Part shown: positions 23,204 through 28,834 of the stretch, one piece after another
How the letters are laid out: the number at the start of each line of letters is the position of its first letter
Position numbering within the stretch: position 1 is the stretch's first letter
Assembly: GCF_004010195.1 (NCBI RefSeq)
Contig: NC_057717.1
Location: forward strand, 105,336,696 to 105,365,529
DNA: 28,834 bases
DNA from: Chiloscyllium plagiosum
Taxonomy: Eukaryota
Direction: 5' to 3'
Program-made: the position numbers and the translations under genes
Notes under the pieces: model-generated
Told to the model about the DNA's origin: nothing
What the model saw: the letters and a program-made list of their open reading frames with translations, nothing else
The model's database searches: none

Positions 23204-23301
23204 CTAGAAATAGAAGCAGCCAGCTTAGTCTGTAATTACTCATTGGAATGAAAGCAGCTGCATTCAACCAATGAAATACCATCTGAGGCTATTCAATGTG
23301 A

Positions 23302-23617
23302 GGCACAGTGGCACAGTGGTTAGCACTGCTGCCTCACAGCGCCAGAGACCCGGGTTCAATTCCCGCCTCAGGCGACTGACTGTGTGGAGTTTGCACATTC
23401 TCCCCGTGTCTGCATGGGTTTCCTCCGGGTGCTCCGGTTTCCTCCCACAGTCCAAAGATGTGCAGGTCAGGTGAATTGGCCATACTAAATTGCCAGTAGT
23501 GTTAGGTGAAGGGGTAAATGTAGGGGAATGGGTCTGGGTGGGTTACGCTTAGGTGGGTCGGTGTGGACTTGTTGGGCCGAAGGGCCTGTTTCCACACTGT
23601 AGGGAATCTAATCTAAT
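23302..23617 (+). mobile_element. HE1-like V-SINE, full length, young
   Basis: A box TGGCACAGTGG, B box GGTTCAATTCC, V-domain core, CR1-like tail, (AATCT)n end; many CpGs retained. Confidence 0.95.
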
Positions 23618-23649
23618 GTAGGACCAGAACTCATATTGGACAGAACTAA

Positions 23650-24129
23650 AATAAAACAAAGAACTGAGGGGTGACCTTATAGAGGTTTATAAAATCATGA
23701 GGGGCATGGATAGAGTAAATAGACAAGGTTTTTCCTTGGTGTGGGGGAATCCAGAACTAGAGGGCAAGGGTTTAAGCAAGAGGGGAAAGATTTAAAAGGG
23801 ACCTAAGGGCAACTTTTTTATCCAGAAAGTGGTGCGTGTATGGAACGAGCTATCAGAGGAAGTGGTGAGGGCTAGTACAATTACAACATTTAAAAGGCAT
23901 CTGGATAGGTATATGAATAGAAAGGGTTTACAGAGATATGGGCCAAGTGCTGGTCGGCGTGGAAGAGCTGGACTGAAGGGTCTGTTTCCATGCTGCATAT
24001 CTCTATGACTCTATAACTGTGGATGCTGGAACTCTGAAACAAAAGTCACTGGAAAAGCTCAGCAGGTCTGGCAGCATTTGTGGAGAGACAGCAGAGTTAA
24101 CTTTTCAAGTCCAGTAACCTTTTTATTTT
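23650..24129 (-). mobile_element. PLE 3' fragment (same family as 1786-1890) interrupted by a CR1
   Basis: AAAACAAAGAACTG|TGGATGCTGG...CTGGAAAAGCTCAGCAGGTCTGGCAGCAT; flanking direct repeat GACAGAACTAA (23639-23649, 24130-24140). Confidence 0.8.
23664..24014 (+). mobile_element. CR1 3' fragment nested in the PLE fragment
   Basis: LRGDLIEVYKIMRGMDR motif; tail CTCTATGACTCTAT; AACTG on both sides (23662-23666, 24015-24019). Confidence 0.93.
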
Positions 24130-24319
24130 GACAGAACTAATATTGGCATGAATCCCTCCTTGCACTTCTGAACACACAGACTAACTCTGCAGCACTATTG
24201 AACAGATTTAAAGAACATTCTGGTAACTCACCAAAGATTCTTTTTGTTATGCATTAGTTTTAATGGTTCGGTAATGGTAAGGCTACTCAATTTGGATGCA
24301 ATCAAAATAAAAACAAGAA

Positions 24320-27300
24320 TGGAATCTTACAGGGGTCTGAACAATGAGGACTAGGCAAGAATCATATGAGAAGACGGACAAGCCCCATCCCAGTGTCAAG
24401 AGCAAATCATTGGGTCGTTAATGCATCTGCTATACTTTGAAGCTAGTGTTTCACTCAGCAGAAGCAAGTAGTCAATTAAAAGAGATAGTGCGTTTTAAAC
24501 ACCTTGTTAGCTGCACATCTAGCCTGTCTAATATGCAGCTTCCTATCTTACCAGATGCACTGAGCAAATTAGACATTGAAAATTCTCAATATGGAAGAGG
24601 GAACAAGTATCTGGCAACTTCAGCTCACCACTGGCCATGAAGAGCCTCTAATATGCTCAGCATGATCCGTGAATACCAGCCATAACCAGTCCTTGTCCAC
24701 AGACATTGGCATCCAGGATTTGCCATACCCTCCTAGCCCACATGGCAGCTGTCTGATCTGATTGCAGGATACATAGGGAACACAGACCTGCATTGCTTAA
24801 CACACCCACATCTCCTATTGAAAGGCTGTTGCAAGGATACTGTGCACAGGCTCAGGTGGCTCCTGGATTGGACCAGGCTGCAGGGCTGCTCGATTGCTCT
24901 CTTAGCACTCATTTGTGCCTACCTGCACACTCATAGCATCCTGCCTTGCCTTACTGTACCTTGGCAATTCAGTAGATCCTACAGGCTACTAGTACTGCCA
25001 TTTGGATTAGCTCTTTTACACCAATATACAGACAGATAGCTTGCCATGTTTGTCAGTAGGATTCTGTCTGAATTGTGAGGAGATGCACAGATAGTGGAGG
25101 AAGGAGAACTTGCTGTTTGGCACACCAAGATGATGGGAAGCAGAGCCATTTGCTGAGGTGGGGTCATGGGTGTTGGGGGTAAAGGGGCATAGGTGGAACA
25201 GCATCAGACAACATGGTAAGCCATTGCGGGGGAGTGATTGGTAGTAATTAGCAATATGGCCTTCCCAGTAGGAGCATGGAGGAGCATGTTGGGCTTCTTA
25301 AAGGTGTAATGTTGCAGTTCAGGGCAGAGAGGAGATTTGAAGGCAAAGTTCAACATTGTCAGTCTTCACAGTGGGGGAAAATGTAGAAATGGGGTATTTG
25401 AGTAATACAGGGTAAAAGGGGATTTGGAAGCTCGGGGGGTGGTGGGAGAGCTGTCAGATAGGGCTACGTGGCAAGTAGGCGCAGTCTGGTACTGACGGTG
25501 TCCACTGCAACCTCCAATCCCTGCCGTTCTCTAGGTGCGAAATTCACTGGCAGTGACAACACATAGGGTGTATGGACTCAGTGTCAGTTTGATGGGTGAA
25601 AGCACAATGTCCATGTTTATGGATGTTACGACCTTGAAGGGGCAAATATATGAAGCATGCATTTGCAAACTCCAGCTACATTTCATTTGTAAGTATTTCT
25701 TTACACATATGCGATGCATGCAGAATGAACATACACCATGCCATTGGTCCTTTTTAATTGAACATTGGCATCTCAATGATGCTGAAGTTCATGGCAATGA
25801 CTTACAAATGGGTGAATGCCAAATAAAACAATCCTATCATTTGTGAAACATCCAAGGATGTTGTGGGAGATAGAGAAATCACCTCACCATATGTTATTCA
25901 AGATTGACGACGGAAATCATGTCTCACAAATTTGACTGAGTTTTTTTGAAAAAGTAACAAAAAGCATTGATGAGGGCAGAGCAGTAGATGTGATCTACAT
26001 GGACTCCAGTAAGGCATTCAACAAGGTTCCCCATGGGAGACTGATTAGCAAAGTTAGATCTCATGGAATACAGGGAGAACTAGCCATTTGGATACAGAAC
26101 TGGCTCAAAGGTAGAAGACAGAGGGTGGTGATGGACAGTTGTGACCAGTAGAGTGCCACAAGGATTGGTGTTGGGTCCACTATTTTTCATCATTTATATA
26201 AATGATTTCGATATAAGTATAAGAGGTACAGTTAATAAGTTTTCAGATGACACCAAAATTGGAGATGTAGTGGAGAGCAAAGAGGGTTACCTCAGATTAC
26301 AGTGGAACTTGACCAGATGGGCCAATGGGCTGAGAAGTGGCAGTTGAGTTTAATTTAGAAAAATGTGAGGTGCTGCATTTTGGGAAAGCAAATCTTAGCA
26401 GAACTTATACACTTAATGGTAAGGTCCTAGGGAGTGTTGCTCATAGCTCTTTGAATGTAGTATCACAGATAGATAGGATAGTGAAGAAGGCGTTTGGTAT
26501 GCTTTCCTTTATTGGTCAGAGTATTGAGCACAGGAATTGGGAGGTCATGTTGCGGCTGTGCAGGACATTGGTTAGGCCACTGTTGGAATATTGCATGCAG
26601 TTCTAGTCTCCTTCCTATCGGAAAGATGTTGTGAAACCTGAAAGGATTCAGAAAAGATTTACAAGGATGTTGCCAGTGTTGGCGGATCTGAGCTACAGGG
26701 AGAGGTTGAATAGGCTAGATCTGTTTTTCCTGGAGCATCGGAGGCTGAGGGGTGACCTTATAGAGGTTTATAAAATTATGAGGAGCATGGATAGGATAAA
26801 TAGGCATAGACTTTTCCCTGGGGTAGGGGAGTCCAGAACTAGAGGTCATAGGTTTAGGGTGAGAGGGGAAAGATATGAAAGAGAACTAAGGGGCAACTTT
26901 TTCACGCAGAGGGTGGTACGTGTATGGAATGAGCTGCTTGAGGTAGTGGTGGAGGCTGGTACAATTGCAACATTTAAAAGGCATCTGGATGAGTATATGA
27001 ATAGGAAGGGTGTGGAGGCATATGGGCTGGGTGCTGGAAGGTGGGACTGGATTGGGTTGGGATATCTGGTCAGCATGGATGAGTTGGACCGAAAGATCTG
27101 TTTCCGTGCTGTACATCTCTGTGACTCTATGATTCTGATGAATGCGATGGAAAGTGAAATGGCTGAGGTGGGTCTGGGATGGGAAGGGAGTGAGAGCATT
27201 GCAGGAATGCTCCCTTTTGAATGTAATGTGTCGGTCACTTAGCCAGCACAAAACCATCACTGAGTTGGTACCCAAGCTGTAATCAGTCTCATGGTGAAAT

Positions 27301-27445
27301 GGATGATGAAGCTGCTGAAGTTCCAATTCCATGGCTAGGAGCCGTCTTGGAGGGGAGGGGTCCTCCAGTATAATCTGGGCACAGTGTGCCACCCCATCCT
27401 GGTGAGCTAGGCTCTGTATAATTGGAGTGGCCAATGAGGTGGTGT
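24320..27445 (+). mobile_element. PIF/Harbinger-like relic, copy 2, interrupted by a CR1 at 25911-27135
   Basis: Collinear with copy 1 (25583-25710 vs 16556-16685; 27140-27445 vs 16905-17212); KLLKFQFHG and VLQYNLGTVCHPILVS*ALYNW. Confidence 0.6.
25911..27135 (+). mobile_element. CR1-clade LINE, 5'-truncated
   Basis: VPQGLVLGPLFFIIYINDFD, KFSDDTKIG, LRGDLIEVYKIM, FFTQRVVRVWNEL; tail CTCTGTGACTCTATGATTC. Confidence 0.96.
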
Positions 27446-27460
27446 GCTGGACGCTGAACT

Positions 27461-27750
27461 GATTTGATTTGATTTGATTCATTATTGTCACCAGCACTAA
27501 GATACAGTGAAAAGTATTGTTTTGTTTGCTATCCAGACAAATTATGCCTCACATAAGTACATTAGGGTAATAGAATACAAAGCAGAATTTAGTGTTACAG
27601 CTACAGAGAAGGTGGAGATAAAGATCAACACTGATATATGACTGGTCTGTTCATTGGTCTGATAACAGTGGAGAAAAAGCTGTTTTTGAATCTGTTCGTA
27701 CATGTTTTCAAACATTTATAACTTCTGCCTCATGGAAGAGGGTGGAAGGA
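27461..27750 (-). mobile_element. Rex1/Babar-clade LINE 3' end
   Basis: Minus strand reads GRSYKCLKTCTNRFKNSFFSTVIR; tail TTTTCACTGTATCTT...GTGACAATAA followed by (AAATC)n. Confidence 0.8.
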
Positions 27751-27987
27751 TGGGAGCAATCTTCTTCTTCTGAGGAGGAGGTTATTGGGGAGTAGGAAGC
27801 TCTTCTTTTGTGAGATACAGGCACTACAAACCATACAGAACCTGATTGAAAAGAGTAACTAGGGAGAGAATAGGGCCCCTCAAAGATCAACTAGGAGAAA
27901 GTGAGGACTGCAGATGCTGGAGACCAGAGTTGAAAAGTGTGGTGCTGGAAAAGCCCAGCAGGCCAGGCAACATCCAAGGAGCAGGAG

Positions 27988-28023
27988 AATCGACGTTTCG
28001 GGCATAAGCCCTTCTTCAGGAAT
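27988..28023 (-). ncRNA. Minimal type I hammerhead ribozyme motif in the PLE terminal repeat
   Basis: Minus strand ATTC-CTGAAGA-A-GGGC-TTAT-GCCC-GAAA-CG-TC-GATT. Confidence 0.8.
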
Positions 28024-28221
28024 GAGGCTGGCGTGCCAAGCGGGCTGAGATAAAAGGGGGGGGGAGAGGAATTTGGGGGAGGGGCGCTGGGAATACAATA
28101 GGTGGAAGGAGGTGAGGGTGAGGGTGATAGGCCAGAAAGGGGGTGGGGACGGAGAGGTCAGGAAGAAGATTGCAGGTCAAGAGGACGGTGCTGAATCCAG
28201 GGGTTGGGATTGAGATAAGAT

Positions 28222-28354
28222 ATCCATCGTGAAGATAAGGCGTTGGGGGCCAGGGAAGCGAAAATCATGGAGGAGGTGGGTGGTGTCCCACGCCCTCCAC
28301 CTCCTCCATGATTTTCGCTTCCCCGGCCCCCAATGCCTTATCTTCACGATGGAT
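28222..28354. repeat. 58-bp inverted repeat at the PLE inversion junction
   Basis: Arms 28222-28279 and 28297-28354, 2 mismatches, 17-nt spacer. Confidence 0.95.
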
Positions 28355-28834
28355 CTCCCATCCACCGCCTCCAACCTCATAGTCCCACAACCCCGCATGG
28401 CCCGTTTCTACCTCCTACCCAAAATCCACAAACTCGACTGCCCCGGCCGACCCATTGTCTCAGCCTGCTCCTGCCCACCAAACTCATCTCTGCATACCTC
28501 AACACTGTCCTGTCCCCCTTAGTCCAAGAACTTCCAACGTACGTTCAGGACACCACCTCCTCCATGATTTTCGCTTCCCCGGTCCCCAACGCCTTACCTT
28601 CACCATGGACATCCAGTCCCTACACACCTCCATCCCCCATCACGAAGGCCTCAAAGCCCTCCGCTTCTTCCTTTCCTGCCGACCCAACCAGTACCCTTCC
28701 ACTGACATCCTCCTTCGACTGACTGAACTGGTCCTCACTCTTAACAACTTCTCCTTCCAATCCTCCCACTTCCTCCAAACCAAAGGAGTAGCCATGGGCA
28801 CCCGCATGGGCCCCAGCTATGCCTGCCTCTTCGT

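Larger units (their letters stand above)
27885..28834. mobile_element. Penelope-like element: inverted 3' end/pLTR (27885-~28220, minus) joined to a + strand RT region running off the window
   Basis: + strand RT motifs FYLLPKIHK, PGRPIVS, TMDIQSLYTSIP, LNNFSF, GVAMGTRMGPSYACLF with frameshifts; minus-strand terminal repeat carries a hammerhead. Confidence 0.93.

Noticed and set aside
22927..23282. Similar ORFs on both strands
   Set aside because: An artefact of the DNA palindrome in a non-coding PLE terminus
23302..23375. tRNA gene
   Set aside because: The A/B boxes are the head of an HE1 SINE, followed by SINE core and tail; the same applies at 5880-5949 and 6475-6545
26631..27497. Overlapping 203-aa ORFs on both strands as a chimeric gene
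   Set aside because: Chance read-through across the CR1 tail into the Harbinger-like relic, with no splice or start-site support

Overview
This is eukaryotic DNA, almost certainly from a shark or other elasmobranch: it carries HE1-type V-SINEs, a Deu-domain SINE and CR1/HER1-like LINEs. Most of the window is decayed transposable elements, and nearly every ORF in the supplied track is a TE relic or chance ORF. The repeats comprise about 13 truncated CR1-clade LINE pieces, 5-6 SINEs, a Rex1/Babar 3' end, two relics of one Harbinger-like DNA transposon and six Penelope-like element (PLE) pieces. Four PLE pieces retain a recognisable minimal hammerhead ribozyme core, two more have decayed cores, and two insertions form near-perfect fold-back hairpins. 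Between the repeats I find three phase-compatible + strand exons (4920-5012, 18850-18990, 22288-~22430) of a host gene I cannot name; the first carries an in-frame TGA. I cannot support a wholly new biological system. The best leads are the unidentified spliced gene and the hammerhead-bearing, TSD-flanked mini-PLE insertions. All family calls come from remembered motifs and manual comparison, with no database search, and boundaries are approximate.
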